Shown in pieces: positions 1 through 13,550 of a DNA stretch of 64,000 nucleotides (positions within the stretch are counted from its first letter, which is position 1; every line of letters begins with the position of its first letter). The translations under genes and the position numbers were made by a program. Below the pieces are notes generated by a model. The model was not told where the DNA came from. It worked only from the letters and a program-made list of their open reading frames with translations, and searched no databases. Origin of the DNA: Hemiscyllium ocellatum (lineage: Eukaryota); NCBI RefSeq assembly GCF_020745735.1, contig NC_083423.1:33666001-33730000 (forward strand), read 5' to 3'.

Positions 1-135
1 CTGGAGCACCTGGAGGAAACCCACACTGACACTGGGAGAATGTGCAAACTCCACACAGTCGCCTGAAGCTGGAATCAAACCCAGGTCCCTGGTGCTGTGA
101 GGCAGTAGTGCTAACCACTGAGGCACCGTGCCACC
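1..135 (-). mobile_element. HE1-type tRNA-derived V-SINE, 5' part (cut by window edge)
   Basis: Reverse complement reads GGTGGCACGGTGCCTCAGTGGTTAGCAC...GGTTTGATTCC...GTGTGGAGTTTGCACATTCTCCC, i.e. A box, B box and V-domain; matches the copy at 28629-28942. Confidence 0.9.
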
Positions 136-1544
136 TGTCAACTTTCTAAGGCGTTTCAGAACTCCTCAAGACCATTCTGCCATAACAATGTACCACAACT
201 ACAAAACGAATGATCAGCTAATCTACTTTGGTGTTGTCAAGAGAATATTGGCAAGGACACTATTGTTTGTCAAATAATGAATTGAATATTTTGCAATCCC
301 AAAATAGCAAAGATACGTCTGACTTCTTGCTCCCAGTTTGGGGATGTCCCTTACCCCACAAATGTGAGAGAATCTATGGCGGCTGTTCTAATTTTGATTC
401 AGGTGACCAGGGAGTTGGTGCTGGTGTATGACAGGGTGCGTTAAGAGGAGGTATGACCACTATACCCAGGAAGAACTTGGAGTGAGCTTCCAGAGATTGT
501 TTGGCATGTTGAAAGGTCAGCTATGAAATCTGTCATATTGTACCAGCCAAATTAAAAACAGTTTTACTGTTTTCATTCCTCATCTTCCACACACTTCCCT
601 TGCCCCATGCCAACCTGTGCCATCTAACTTCATGCTATCCACTCCCCATGGCTCCTTATACTCTCTTTCTCAATCAATCCCATCCATCCATATATAGGAA
701 TCAGTCTGAGCACTATGCCAAATTAATACCAATTCATGCCACACATGATTCTCATCCACCAACCTACGGTCTTAAAATCCTTTCCATCCTAACTCACTAT
801 CATCTATCATGGGCAGACATCAGGACCTTGGATGCTGAGATGAAACAAAGTAAAATTGTAAATATGTCTTGAAGAATTCACTGTTTAAAATAAAACTCAC
901 ATCAATAAAATTCCACTCACTACATTTACCTAAATCAGCTAAATTATCCCTTATAGAAACTATCATTTGTTTGCATTACCCTACATTAAAGACTAAAGCC
1001 TAACCATTCAGATCAATCAATCAAGTTCTGAACTGACAGCCATTTTATTGTGATGATGCTAAATCAACAGAGTCAAAAAGCAAGGGCATTTATTGTTAAA
1101 TTTATAGGCCATTACCTTGAGAGTTTCCAAGTAGTTTATCTACTTTCTACACACATTCACATATACTTGTTTTTAGCTAACTCAAAAGACACTTAATCTC
1201 TCCTCTATGAACTATGGATTTTCAAAATTCAAACCACACTGCACATTCCTTCCCTTGTGAAATGAGTGGTGTCCATCAGGAATATGGTTAGGAGTTCTCG
1301 GAACTGCGCTTTGGGACCATTTTCACTGAATTGTCATTTCAAAAGTTCAAGTCATTGGCTTACAATGAACATTGCTTTTGAAGAGTTATTGGAACAAATC
1401 AAAATCCCTTCAATTGGAAGCATTGGAGTCAAATTTGTAGCAGTGGCTAATGCAGGAAGTCAATAGTACTGGGTGCTAGAGGTGCATCAAGTAGCAATTC
1501 ATATGATACAGCACCAACAGTACGCTAACAAGAAGGCAACATTG

Positions 1545-1645
1545 CAGTTCATCGAATCCCAACAGTGTGGAAACAGGCCATTCAGTCCACACCGATCCTC
1601 TGAAGCATGACCCACCCACACCCATCCCTTACCCTATATTTCCCA
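1545..1645 (-). mobile_element. HE1 SINE 3' tail fragment
   Basis: GAATCCCAACAGTGTGGAAACAGGCC...CCACCCACACCCATCCC matches the antisense HE1 tails at 28580 and 63860. Confidence 0.7.
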
Positions 1646-2164
1646 TTTATATTATGTAAAACAAAGTCAAACACTACATTTTCTGAAAGCAAAGAAAGGC
1701 AGAAGAGTTGGGAATGATAGAACAGGCCAGGAAGTTGAAGTGAAAGGGTCAGTGATGTATAGATTCCTTGACTTGGCCATTAGCCCAGGCTGAGTGTCGT
1801 ACGACTTCTGTGAGATCAGGAAACCCAGAATCACGTTTTCCTGAATGTTCAGCAGTTTTTAACCGGCGAGCTCCTTTAATTTGTTTTAATCCTATTTGTT
1901 TCCCAGCTCAGGACAGGTGAATTGCCAAACTCGAGGCCTGCCAGATGTGGAAATGTGCTTCACATACAACAGCTGAGATCAGGTAGTGTTGGGAGAGGAG
2001 TGTGGTTCTGATCAGGGAAGGGTGTTTCCAATGCCATCGAAGGGGATAGAAAATGTGAATGTAAGGCAGCAGGAGAGCAGACAGATGGCAAAAGGGAGGG
2101 ATGGGTATACTGCTAAATTATTGGGCAAGAAGAAAGGACTCTTGCCTTTTCAATCCCTTATACT

Positions 2165-2630
2165 TGCCTGAAATGTTGACTCTCCTGCTCCTCAGATGCT
2201 GTCTGACCTGCTGTACTTTTTCCAGTGCCACACTTAATCAACTCTGACTTCTCCAGCATCTGCAGTCCTCATTATCTCCTAGTTGCTGCAAAACATACTG
2301 TGAAGCCACTCCCAAGGCTGCTTTTGCCCACCTTGAGGAAGTTTCCCTCCTCCCTCCACAAAAATCTCAGTGAGTCTTTCTCCACCTGCAACTCCAAGTT
2401 ATCTCCACTACCCTGAAGTTCCACACTCCCTACCGACCTATCACAATTCTACCTTTGCCCACCAATTGCCATCCCACCTAGATTTCCCCTGGCCCCACTC
2501 CTATTTATTTCTCAGCCCCCTTCCCCCTCCCCAGTCCTGATGAAGGGTCATGCCTGAAATGTCGACTCTCTTTCTCTTCAGACGCTGCCTGAGCTGCTGT
2601 GCTTTTTCCAGCACCAAACCTTATTGACTC
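2165..2630 (+). mobile_element. Older Neptune-PLE-derived tandem fragment: hammerhead 3' half / ORF-start remnant / 3' UTR / hammerhead
   Basis: Segment GCCTGAAATGT(T/C)GACTCTC..GCTG..TGCTGT occurs twice (2166 and 2552); intervening peptide LRKFPSSLHKNLSESFSTC resembles LKKLSSSLYKDFSESLSHC at 22111. Confidence 0.75.
2533..2567 (+). ncRNA. Minimal type I hammerhead ribozyme (degenerate)
   Basis: AGTC-CTGATGA-A-GGG(TCATG)CCT-GAAA-TG-TC-GACT; stem I AGTC/GACT. Confidence 0.7.
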
Positions 2631-3007
2631 AGTCCCACGTACAATATTGTCAGGGCATTTATGTCTTGGATTCGGTCCTTGTCACCTCCTTTTCCTAGCA
2701 TTCTTCATACAGTAAGAGCTAGATTTTAATGCATGGACAGTGTGGAATTTTATATTATGTGAATTAATTTATGGAGGTTGTGGATTTTCAATCTTTCGAG
2801 ATTTAGAATTGCTGCTATTCATGCAGTTAGATTGTTTGCATGTCTTAGATTTTCATTGCATTGTAAGATCCCTAATACATTCTGGACAGTCAGTACATGA
2901 TGGGATGTGTAATGACTAGTTTTGTCTTAATATCTGAAGCAATTTCCTCAAGGGAAGCTGGAAGAATAGTAAACAGCTTGTGCAGTTTCTTCTTTGGTTG
3001 TTAAAAC

Positions 3008-3260
3008 TTATAGAGTCATAGAGATGTATAGCATGGAAACAGTCCCTTCAGTCCAACTTGTCCATGCTGACCCGATATCCCAACCCAATCTAGTCCCACC
3101 TGCTAGTACCTGGCCCATATCCCTCCAAACCCTTCCTATTCATATAGCCATCCAGATGCCTTTAAATGTTGCAATTGTACTAGCCTCCACCACCTCCTCT
3201 GGCAGCTCATTCCATACACGTACCACCATCTGCATGAAAAAAGGTGCCCCATAGGTCTTT
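3008..3260 (-). mobile_element. CR1 (HER1-like) LINE 3' end
   Basis: Antisense (CTCTATGA)n tail and antisense of the WNELPEEVVEA-coding region. Confidence 0.85.
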
Positions 3261-4124
3261 TTTCTTGAGCATCATTCAAGAAAACGCAGCCCTAAGTCCT
3301 CAGGCTGTGCTTCGAGTGCTATAAATGCTTTTAGTCCATGCATACCAATTGTGACATGTGACAATTCTAGGCATCAGTTATGCTGCCTTCATTTTAATCC
3401 ACAGGGATATGATTATTTGATGGAGAAATCAAAGTGATAATACAACATTCAGATAGCCACCAGGAATACCATCAACTTACTTTCAGCAGTTACAAGCAGA
3501 ACTTCTTAGCTAGACTGAACAAGGGATTTCTTACAATAAAACGTGTCAGAGTTTGCAATATCATTGCAGCCAGTAATATGTTTCACATTTTTTTCCATCT
3601 AAAGAGGCATAAACATAAAGAGACATGTGGACGAGGATGGTGCCCACCATAATCCAAGAGCAGAGCAACATGAACACAAGGAGTCATAATAAATTCCAAC
3701 TGAACCAGTTTGTTGACATCTCTCATGGTTGAGATCTTTAGGAAAGTGCCCTTCCATCCAATGTTAGTCCTTTACCTAGCGACAATGTTGCAACTAACCA
3801 CATTCTCACCAACCTGAATTTTGTGTATGAATGCTGAGCTATTTTTACCTCCTGATTCTGTCAGAAGAGTGCTCTTCAACCTGCATTAGCTTTCCTGGTC
3901 TGATTTAGGTATCTTACACTTTACCCCTGTTTTGTCACTACATGTGGAAGGCCAAATGATTTATGCTTGTTCATAAGTTCCTGTCCACTCCAATCACAGC
4001 CCTGTTATTGGTTAGCCATTCTGTGGTCTATGTGAGAACAGACCTCTAGTAGAAATACATCAAGATCTTCACCTGATCCACCAAGCATTTTGAAAGCACA
4101 CCAATGTGAACAATTGGAGATTGA

Positions 4125-4370
4125 AACTCAAAGCAGCGCTAAAAGTGGCTTGGGTAAAGTTGGAGCCCATGGAATGAAAGTACAGTGGCAGAATGGACAC
4201 AAAGTTGGGTGAGTGACAGGAAATAGAGAATAGTGGTAAACAATTGTTTTCAGTCTGGAGAACAGTACATAGTCCATTCCCTGTGGGTTGTTTTTAGGTC
4301 TACTGTTCGTTTTGATCCATGTTAATGAGTTAGATTTAAGTATGCAGTATAATTTCAAAAGAGGACACTT
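4125..4370 (+). mobile_element. Degenerate CR1 RT fragment
   Basis: Resembles the KV.AHG..G.V..W..WL..RKQRVVV segment seen in other CR1 copies. Confidence 0.5.
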
Positions 4371-4619
4371 TCAAGCTGATGGGTGTACATGTGGCAGAGT
4401 ACGAAATACAAAAGCACAATCTCATGTCATTAGTTACATTCAAGTGAACCATTTATTCCATATTATAAATGAGATCACATTTTGTTTGAACTTGTACTTT
4501 CCTTGTCACATCATCATTATTGACAGACTTGAACTTGCAGTAGACAATTATTAATTGTTGAGTGTGACAATCAAAATCAATTCAGTTGCAGATACTTTAA
4601 TCGACTGTGTATATATGTC

Positions 4620-5050
4620 CTCTCAGGTGGTGTGGATGGTTCAGTTGTTTCCTGTTTGATGTCAAAGGACATTAATACAGGAGTTCCTCAGGAGAGTATC
4701 CCAAGCATAATAATCTTCAGCTGCTTCATTTAATGACCATTCATCCATCAAAAAGTCAGAAGTGGAAAGGTTCATCAATGTTTGGACAATGTTCAGCATC
4801 ATCCATGATTCCTCAGATCCTGAAGCAGTTCATGTATATATGCTGCAATACCTGGACAACAGCCAGGCTGTTATGTGGAAAGTAACATTAGGACCACACA
4901 AGTGCCAGGCAATGATCATCTCAACAAGAGAGAAAATAAACATCAACACTTGATCTTATTATTATCATTAAACACCCTTTTCTATCAAGGCATTTAGAGA
5001 TGGGCAACAAATTATGCTTGCCAGCAATTCCATGTCCCATGAAAAAAATA
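4620..5050 (+). mobile_element. Old CR1/L2-group LINE fragment
   Basis: GVPQ-like and W.VT..PHKCQAM.IS peptides; same family as 18900-20790 and 45830-48240. Confidence 0.55.
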
Positions 5051-8000
5051 TGTGTGCGAAGGCATCTGAAAGGGTTAGTCCTTGAGTACTGTAAATATCA
5101 CTCACTGTCACAGTGACTCACAGAGACTCAGTCAGAGCAAAGTAGGAGCTGATACACTCTTAATAGTCTCAAATATTTTGGATTGTATTCTTGTAATCTG
5201 TAAATAGTTGGAATATTGAAATAATCTTCCTGTTTACCCAACAGTACTCTTCTAGTTAGACCAAAGATGTGGATATCCTTATCCATAATGTATCACTTCA
5301 GGCTTGAAGGAACCTGCACTACAAAAAATGCAAATCTAATAGGATTTGGATCAATTGACTCTGCTGTAAATGGTGCATCTCATTTGTGCCTCTATCATAG
5401 CATTCAGCTGACTCATACATTGTAGCTCATACTGACATTTTAAATTCCCTGGGCTTGATATAACTGTTCTGGTTCGAGCTACAAATATGCTGGCTTTTGC
5501 TGAGTACTGTGAAGTGCTGAATTTGTGCCATCACTGGGACCTTCAACAACTTCTACGAACACAAAAGATGTTAAAGATTAATGCTGGTTGAAATAAAGCA
5601 TAAATTACTGGGAGTATGTGGTCATGATTTTTGTTGCAATGTGTGTGTGTATACTTGTTTGTGTGTAAGTATGATAGTAAAACATTCTGCAACATTGTGT
5701 GCTTGCCTTGTTGGCAGCAACTATGAGTCTCAAGGTTAGATTGGGGAGTGGAACAGTAATCTGGATACAAGGACTGTGAGATGGAGGAGCAGCTCTGCAC
5801 TTCCTATCTCCACAGATGTATCATTTTAAATGTTTTTCAAGAAATAATGATCTTTGTGCTCACTGCAGAATTCCAAGTGAGATATTTCTGACTTTGCTTC
5901 CAAAGCAAATGCAATAGTATGAAAACAAATTTAGTGTCTCTAACTAATATGAAGAATTGTGATGCCTTCAATTGAGAGAAGAGGAATTTATGCTGACTTT
6001 TGAAAAGACAGGAATCTATTTATAGGCTTTTCTAATTCACTCACCATCATTTTGTGCCATTATGAGTAAAATCAAGACCCAAATATTTTCACTTTGATCC
6101 TCATTTTTGGAATAAAGCTTTTCTCTTCGATTTTCTTTATTTCTTTGGTTATACTGTCTCTGAATTTGAATGAGAACTCAAAAGGCAGCAACAAAGAGGG
6201 TTGGCCATTTGGGGTTTAATAAGATAACACCTCACAAAATCTTTGTCATGATGTTGTAACATATGGATGGTTTATTTTTAATTTCTCTGACTGATGTAAT
6301 GTCAGTGCCTTCCGTTTTAAAGGAAACAACTTTCAATGACTCAGGTTGCTCTGTTTTAAAACGGCTATGGATGTCACCTGGCTTACAAGAGTGAACAAGT
6401 TCCTCAAACTTCAGACATATCTGAATAGTTCTCCAATGGAACTTTGGAGTCATCATAATTTGAACTCTCTGGGGAAAAAATAAGCACTATAGGAAAAATG
6501 GGTGCCAAAGGCTCACCTCTCAGTTTTAATTGCATTAATATTTGACAATGGAAGACAAAAACTCCTTTGATAACATGGATTTTCCCTATTGGGTGCAAAG
6601 AGCCTGCTATCGTGTGACCAAAACTCCTACTTGTGTCAATTTATGTTATAGATATGTTTAATAATTATAACATAAATATTTTTAATAAATAAAATTACGC
6701 ACATACTCAATAGGTGGGACTTGAACCCAGGTCTTCTGGCTCACTGCACTATCACTGTATCATAAGAGTTCTTTCATATTTCAGAGTTACAAACTGACTT
6801 TTCCACTATTATAGGCTTGTCTGTTTGTTACCAAGGACAGTAATCTCAAGAAAATCTGCAGGTCTTTCACAAACATTTTCTTCTCAAATTTGGATTCTAT
6901 CTCTGTGAAAAGTTGGAATACACCTCAGAGAAAAATAAAAAGAACTTAAAGTCCCGTAGCACCATCTCTACCGAAGGGCTGATTGACGCTTTAAAGAGCC
7001 TATCTCCAGAAGAACAACCAGCAACTCTATTGGATTTCAAAAGCACTAAAGAAACATTGTATTGAATAATTCTATTTATTTGTGCATTTTAACTTTTCTC
7101 CACTCCACCTTGCTTACTGCATTACTTGTTCTGCTTTACGTACTAGGATAGGTTTCAAATGTTGTGGGATTGAGAATAAGTTTCACCTTTTATTAGATTT
7201 ATACTTTACTTAGATAAGTTTACAACACAAAAAAAGTCCCATTTTGTGGTAACTAAAGAGATCTGTTTGACCAATTTCTTGATACAGCTTTATACATAGT
7301 CAAATACATATTGAATTAAGGAATCAAATATGTTTTTTAAAAAATTAAACTGTGGAATAACCAAATCCAGAGGCAGAAAGAGAAGAATTTAGTAATTTCT
7401 CTGTATTTGGTCATATAAAGCCTTTCAGCACTTTGATGATTTTTTACTTAACCAAGATGAGATATGAATGGATAAATTTCTCTGAAATAACATAAAGCAA
7501 AGCAAAGAAAAAGGAAACACTATTTAACGAGAATAAAAGCAAAGGTATAAAATGTTAGATAATTTATGCAGCAGTTGGAATTCAATCATGGCTGACTGCT
7601 TTGTTTTCTCCCTATAATTTTCTAGCTTTTTAATGCAGAGCTGATTTTTCTCTGTTTGTTGCTTTTTTTTTCTTTTTTTTTCATCTTTTTCCTTTTTATG
7701 TTTCAATTTGCATGTTTGGTTCCCCAATCTATACCAGAGTCATTTTTACTGATTGCTCTTAAGTGAGCAAGGTCACTAAGTTGACAAATTAATTTTAAGC
7801 AAATGGTGATAATGAAATTTGATGTGCTGTAATCAATCACACATGTTACTGAATGAAATGGTTGTTAAATATATTAAACTATTTTCTGAGAGGGGATGTT
7901 ATGCCCATTTGTACAACAGTATTCAGGTTGTCTATCATCCTGCTGAAAATGCAGCCCCGGTTCTGTGGCAGGTTCAGGATAATTTCTATTCAAATTCCAT

Positions 8001-8792
8001 TAAAGCTTTAACAACTACCACAGAGTGGCACTACTGAAGCGTGTTTCATATTTTCATTCAAAAATCAGGTAAAGGCCCAAGGAGTTTGCTTAAGAACTGA
8101 ATGTTTCTTTAAACCGGGCGTATGAACTATGTGTTTGGTTCCCCTTGTGCATGAGGAATGGAGCAGATTTTCTACTCATCTTTTGACATTAGGTTTGATT
8201 AAAAATCTAATGTGGCTGACAGATTGTATGTGTGATCTTTCTCGATCAATTTTCACATGTACTGTATAACCATTGAAATATGTGGAAATTATATTATAAA
8301 GGTGTTCAAACACAAAGAGAAAACCTGAGAATCTAGAACTGCAAAAATGATCCAAAACTGTACAGAGTAAACATTCATCATGGCAATTGCACAAAATGAA
8401 CAATATCTGATACGTTACCCATCAGACACAGAGCTTGATATTTAATTCCATTGACTACAATAGGAATGAATGTCAGATGAAATGTGTAATAAACAGATAA
8501 TCAAATATTTATTTGTGGGACCCAGAGGAACATTTTTAAATAACTCCTCTTCTGAGCAATCTGCCAGCTAGTTTATTAGGTACTGCTGGAACTGAGCATT
8601 CAAGGTTTGAATTAAAATATAGTTAACAACTGAATTGGACCCTGACCAACTGTACTCTCATGTGGTAAAATTTGTCAAAGTTGGCATGATGAAGGTAAGT
8701 AGCATGCTCTTATGATTTGAATCTTGCACATCTCATTTTGATTCAAAGCAGCAAGGTTAAAATAATGGCTGGTCTTTAATATAGGAACAATT

Positions 8793-9775
8793 TTGTGTGG
8801 TGCTGGAAAAGCACAGTGGGTCAGGCAGCATCCAAGGAGCAGGAGAGTCGACTTTTGAGTAGAAGCTTTTCATCAAGGGTGGGCGTTAAGTGGGCTGAGA
8901 GATAAATGGGAGTGCAGTGGGGCTGGGGGGATGGTAGCTGGGAATACAATAGGCAGATGAAGGTGGGCGGCTGATGATGATAGGTCGGACCAGAGGATGG
9001 AGTGGATAGGTGGGAAGGTAGATTGACAGGTCAGACAGTTCAAGAGGGTGGCGCTGAGTTAGAGGGTTGGATCTGGGATAAGGTCGGGGGAGGGGAGATG
9101 AGGAAACTGGTGAAAACTACATTGATCCCGTGTGGTTGGAGGGTCCTTAGGTGGAAGATGAGATGTTCTTCCTCCAGGTGCCGGGTGGCTAGAATTTGGA
9201 GGTGGAGGAGGCCCAGGACTTGCATGTCCTTGGCGGAGTGGCAGGGGGAGTTGAAGTGTTCGGTCACAGGGCGGTGGGGTTGTTTAGTGCGTGTGTCCCA
9301 GAGATGTTCACTGAAACATTCCACAAGTTGATGTCCTGTCTCTCCAATGTAGAAGACCACATCTAGAGCAACAGACACAATAGATGATGCGTGTGGAGGT
9401 GCAGGAAAACTCTGTTGGATGTGGAAGGATCCTGTGGGGCCTTGGATGGAGGTGAGAGGGTAGTGTGGGCGCAGGTTTTACACCTCTTGCAGTGATAAGA
9501 GAAGTTGCTGGGAGTGGAGGGTGAGTTGAGGGGGTGCATGGACCTAACGAGGAAGTCATGGAAGGAATGGTCTCTCCGGAACGCAGATAGAGGTGGGGAG
9601 GGAAATATATCCCTGGTGGTGGGGTCTGTTTGGAGGCTGCAGGAATGCCAGAGGATAATGCTGTATCCGGAGGTTGGTGGGGTGGAAGGTGAGGACTGTG
9701 GGGTTCTGTCCTTGTTGCAGTTGGAGGGGTAGGGTTCAAGGGCGAAGGTGCGGGAAATGAAGGAGATGCACGGGG
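8793..9775 (-). mobile_element. Neptune-type PLE 3' fragment (GIY-YIG region, 3' UTR, decayed hammerhead)
   Basis: ORF 9040-9378 YIGETG...EHL...HFN...EEHLIFHLRTLQPHGIN; IIYCVCCSRCGL in the overlapping frame; homologous to 34300-35251. Confidence 0.9.
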
Positions 9776-10667
9776 GACATTAACTTATACCTTCTCTTTA
9801 TAGATTTTGAACAACAATTCACATTTACATAGGACAATTAATACAGTAAAACACCTTTAGCAGCTTCATAAAAGCAATCACCTTACAAAATTTGGACTTT
9901 GGACCACATAAAAAGAAAATAGTACATTTCATCAAAATAGCCAGCTATTTGCAGGGACAGAAAAGGTAATGAATAATTTTTTTGAGGAGTGTGGTAATTA
10001 AAGTAGATATGAAGTGAAGGATAACAATACCTAATGGGATATGGCCAGCATTTTAGAGAAATTGGGTTGAGGATATGGAGGGAGGGTTTGTGGGCAAGGT
10101 GTGACTGGAAAGGAGAATGGTGAGAAACATGAGCAAAATGCAAGTTTGGGGTGAGGGCGAAGGCAACCTTAGGGGAAGTTTGGCTAGGTGAACTTGAGTA
10201 AGGGAGAAGAACAGCAGAGGCAACTAACACTAATTTCAATAACAGTGATGTTCACAAGCTCCTTGGAGATGAGGTTCAAGGGGGAAGAGACAAATGTTTA
10301 AGAAAGTTTGTAGTGGAGAAGAAGTCAGAGATCAGATTAGTATTCCAACATGTTTTTAGAATGGTAGACCGTTGTATGCAAAAGAGAGCTGACCCTAACA
10401 GGGCTTCATATGGTCCAGCCACATTGGGAATAGGAAGCTATGAATTTTAAAGATTCCTCCAGACAGAGTCAAAGGAGTAAAGATGGATGTCACATCAGTG
10501 GGATTGACCAAGTTAGGAGCACTTGTTTCCGTGGAAATGTGGGTATGAAAGGCTGTCGTGAGGATCTGATTTAATAGTTACACATCTGGACAAACCTTGT
10601 GGCAATGAAGGATCAAAGACTAGACAGCTCGAAATTTGAAAGTGAAGTGGCAACTGATGCAAGAAGA

Positions 10668-11070
10668 GTTTTTTTTATTTGATTTATTTATTGTTACATG
10701 TTCTTTTTTAAAAATACATTGAAAAGTGTTCTACGGTGTCACCACTCTCCGGTGCCAACTTTAAACACAGAAAAATAAACCAAAATGTACAATATAAATG
10801 TAGAAAAATAAAGAAATAAAAGAAAATGTGTCTAACTTTGCAGTCCTCCTTGTTAAGTGTTCCAACATGGGCCATGAACCTGGTGACTGGGCATGAGTCC
10901 CTTCATCACTGCCGCTGGAACAGAAGTGCCCACTCTTCGGTGCCAACTCACCTCCATCAACACCCTCAGCACTATGGGTCCTCACTGGATCTCACCAATG
11001 CATATGCCACCACTGCCACCAGGTACCACATCAGCCCAAACTTAACTCTGCTATCGCCATGAGTCTGCTT
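10668..11070 (-). mobile_element. LINE 3' tail fragment (Rex1/Babar-like, tentative)
   Basis: Reverse complement ends ACTTTTCAATGTATT...CATGTAACAATAAATAAATCAAAT; related sense copy at 59100-59270. Confidence 0.45.
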
Positions 11071-12544
11071 CACTGATGCTGCCAGGTCTTGTACTGGGGA
11101 GAACAGATGCAGGAGGAAGTGGGGTTAAGAATGGAAAGGGGAATGTAACTGTAAGGGGATATGATAAAGTGATCAGAGGCAACCTCACATGTGTTTTGTA
11201 CAATGCGAGTACAATGCCACATGAGATCGCAAGATTGAGGCCAGTTATAGGATTGCCAAATTTACATGGAGAGGCAGATTAAAGGATGATAGGAAGACAT
11301 TGAATTCGGAGGAGTGGGGATATAATGAGTTGAAATGATTGAAATCATTAAAAATGAGAAGTCACTTCATGCAGCAACTAAAGAAAGAAAACAGAGAATT
11401 TATCTCAAAAAGGAACGTGATGTATTACATTGGTGTGCTGTATAAAATGAGGTTTTCAAAGGACAGGTGAAGAGTTGGAACAAGTTGAAATGCTTGAAGG
11501 AGGATATAATGCAAGAGGATTTTCTAGTTCTGCTGGACTTGCTGTGTATTTCAAGTGTTTACCAAATTTATCTAATATACATTGGGAACTCCTTTCTTGA
11601 AAGGCACAGTAGGAAAAGGCTGTTGGTTTTCTTGAACATATTCTGTAATGGAAGGAGGGATTATGACTTCATTGCAAAAAAAAGTTCTCATATGGGTTTA
11701 AGTTGCTAATTTTAGATCTTTGCACAAAGCAAGAACAATAATCAGACCCTATAATGTCAGAGGTATTTAAAGAAGAGAGTCACTTTAGTTTTTCTACCTT
11801 CAGTAAAACAAACTAAGGCACAAGTGTATCCCATCAAATTATTCTGCAATTATTCACAAGAGAAATTTGATAATACCATAAACTGCAATTTAGTGACTGT
11901 GATCAACATTTGTAATATGATATTACTACATTTTATTGGAGAGGAAATGTTAAAATATTTAGCATAATCGAGGGAAGTGCAGGTTTTGTAATTAGCACAG
12001 GAACTATTGTTAGATCATCACATTTTCTGCCAGTTTTTCATTTCATGGTGAATCTGATAGTATTATTATAACAAGCTGAATGTCAAAACTGACAGTGTCT
12101 ATAAGTAAATCTTACAGCAGTCTATTGGATCTAGCTCCCTGAGTGGTTTTCGGTTTACTGGCCCTTGGATGAACTGAAAGATGAAATGAATTAAGAATCT
12201 GATCCTTGAATAAACATGTTCTTCTGGAAAAATCATTATCTTTTATCTCTAAGATGACCAGCTTCTGATACAAACTTCTAATTCATTTGTTACATTTTCT
12301 ATTAGAACCATCAAGTGTTCAACAAAGTATGGGGGCAAAGTTTGACAGTAATCCCTTTTAATATTGTGAGCATTTGAAGAACACTTGCATAGTTTTATAT
12401 TAAATCAAATACCTTGGAAGTTTATTTATACACTTAACAGTGGAGATATCTTCTGATAGTTGGCATTGGATTTTTTGTCAAATACATTTCTGAGTTTTCT
12501 TGAAATAAAAAAAAGCAATTTGGTAAGACAGACCCGGACCGGAC

Positions 12545-13200
12545 TTACAGAGTTAATGGTAGAGCCCTGGGGAGTGTTGTCGAACAGAAAGAACTAGGGG
12601 TGCAGGTACATAGTTCCTTGAAAGTGGCATCATAGGTAAGCAAGCTGGTGAAGAAGCCATTTGGCAAGCTTGCCTTTATCAGTCGGAGCACTGAGTACAG
12701 GAATTGGGAGGTCAAGTTGTGGCTGAACAAGACATTGGTAAGGCCACATTTAGAGTACTACATACAATCGTTGTCACCCTGCTATAGGAAGAATGTAATT
12801 AAACCGGAAAGGGTGCAAAAAAGATTAACAAGAATGTTATCAAGACTGGAGAGTTTGAGCTATAGGGAGAAGTTGGATAGGCTGAGACTTTTTCCTTGGA
12901 ACGTAGGAAGCATAGGAATGACCTTATGGAGGTTTAGATAACCATGAGAGGCATAGATAAGATGAACAGTCAATGTCTTTTTCCCAGGGTCAAAAATAAA
13001 AGGCATAGGTCTAAGGTGAGAGGAAAAAGGTTTAAAAAGGATCTGAGGTGCAATTTTTTCATACAGAGGATGGTGTGTGTATGGAATGAGTTGCCTGAGG
13101 AAGTGGTAGAATTACACTATTTAAAAGACATTTGGACAGGTAAATTGACAGGAAAGCTTCAGAGGCATATGGTTCAAATGCAGGCAAATGTGATTAGTTA
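12545..13200 (+). mobile_element. CR1 LINE ORF2 C-terminal fragment
   Basis: KTLVRPHLEY...ERVQKRLTRM; RCNFFIQRMVCVWNELPEEVV. Confidence 0.9.
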
Positions 13201-13201
13201 A

Positions 13202-13550
13202 AGAGTCATAGAGATGTACAGTACGGAAACAGACCCTTTGTTCCAATTCAATCCATGCCGATCAGGTATCCTAAACTAATCTAGTTTCATTTCCCAGCAC
13301 TTGGTCCATATCCTTCCAAACCCTTCCTATTCACATACCCATCCAGATGTCTTTTATATACAATTATACCAATCTCCATTACTTCCTCTGGCAGCTCACT
13401 CCAAACACGCACAACCCTCTGTGTGAAAAAGTTGCCCATTAGGTCTCTTTTATATTTTTTCCCCCTCTCACCCTAAACCTATGTCCTCTCGTTCGGGATT
13501 TCCCTACCCCAGGGAAAAGACTTTCCCTATTTATCCTATCCATGCCCATC
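13202..13550 (-). mobile_element. CR1 LINE 3' end, tail-to-tail with the preceding copy
   Basis: Starts with the antisense tail AGAGTCATAGAG; antisense WSELPEEV region. Confidence 0.85.

Noticed and set aside
8600-8700. Exon ending AAG|GTAAGT at 8695
   Set aside because: Strong donor, but no convincing acceptor or promoter and no recognisable peptide
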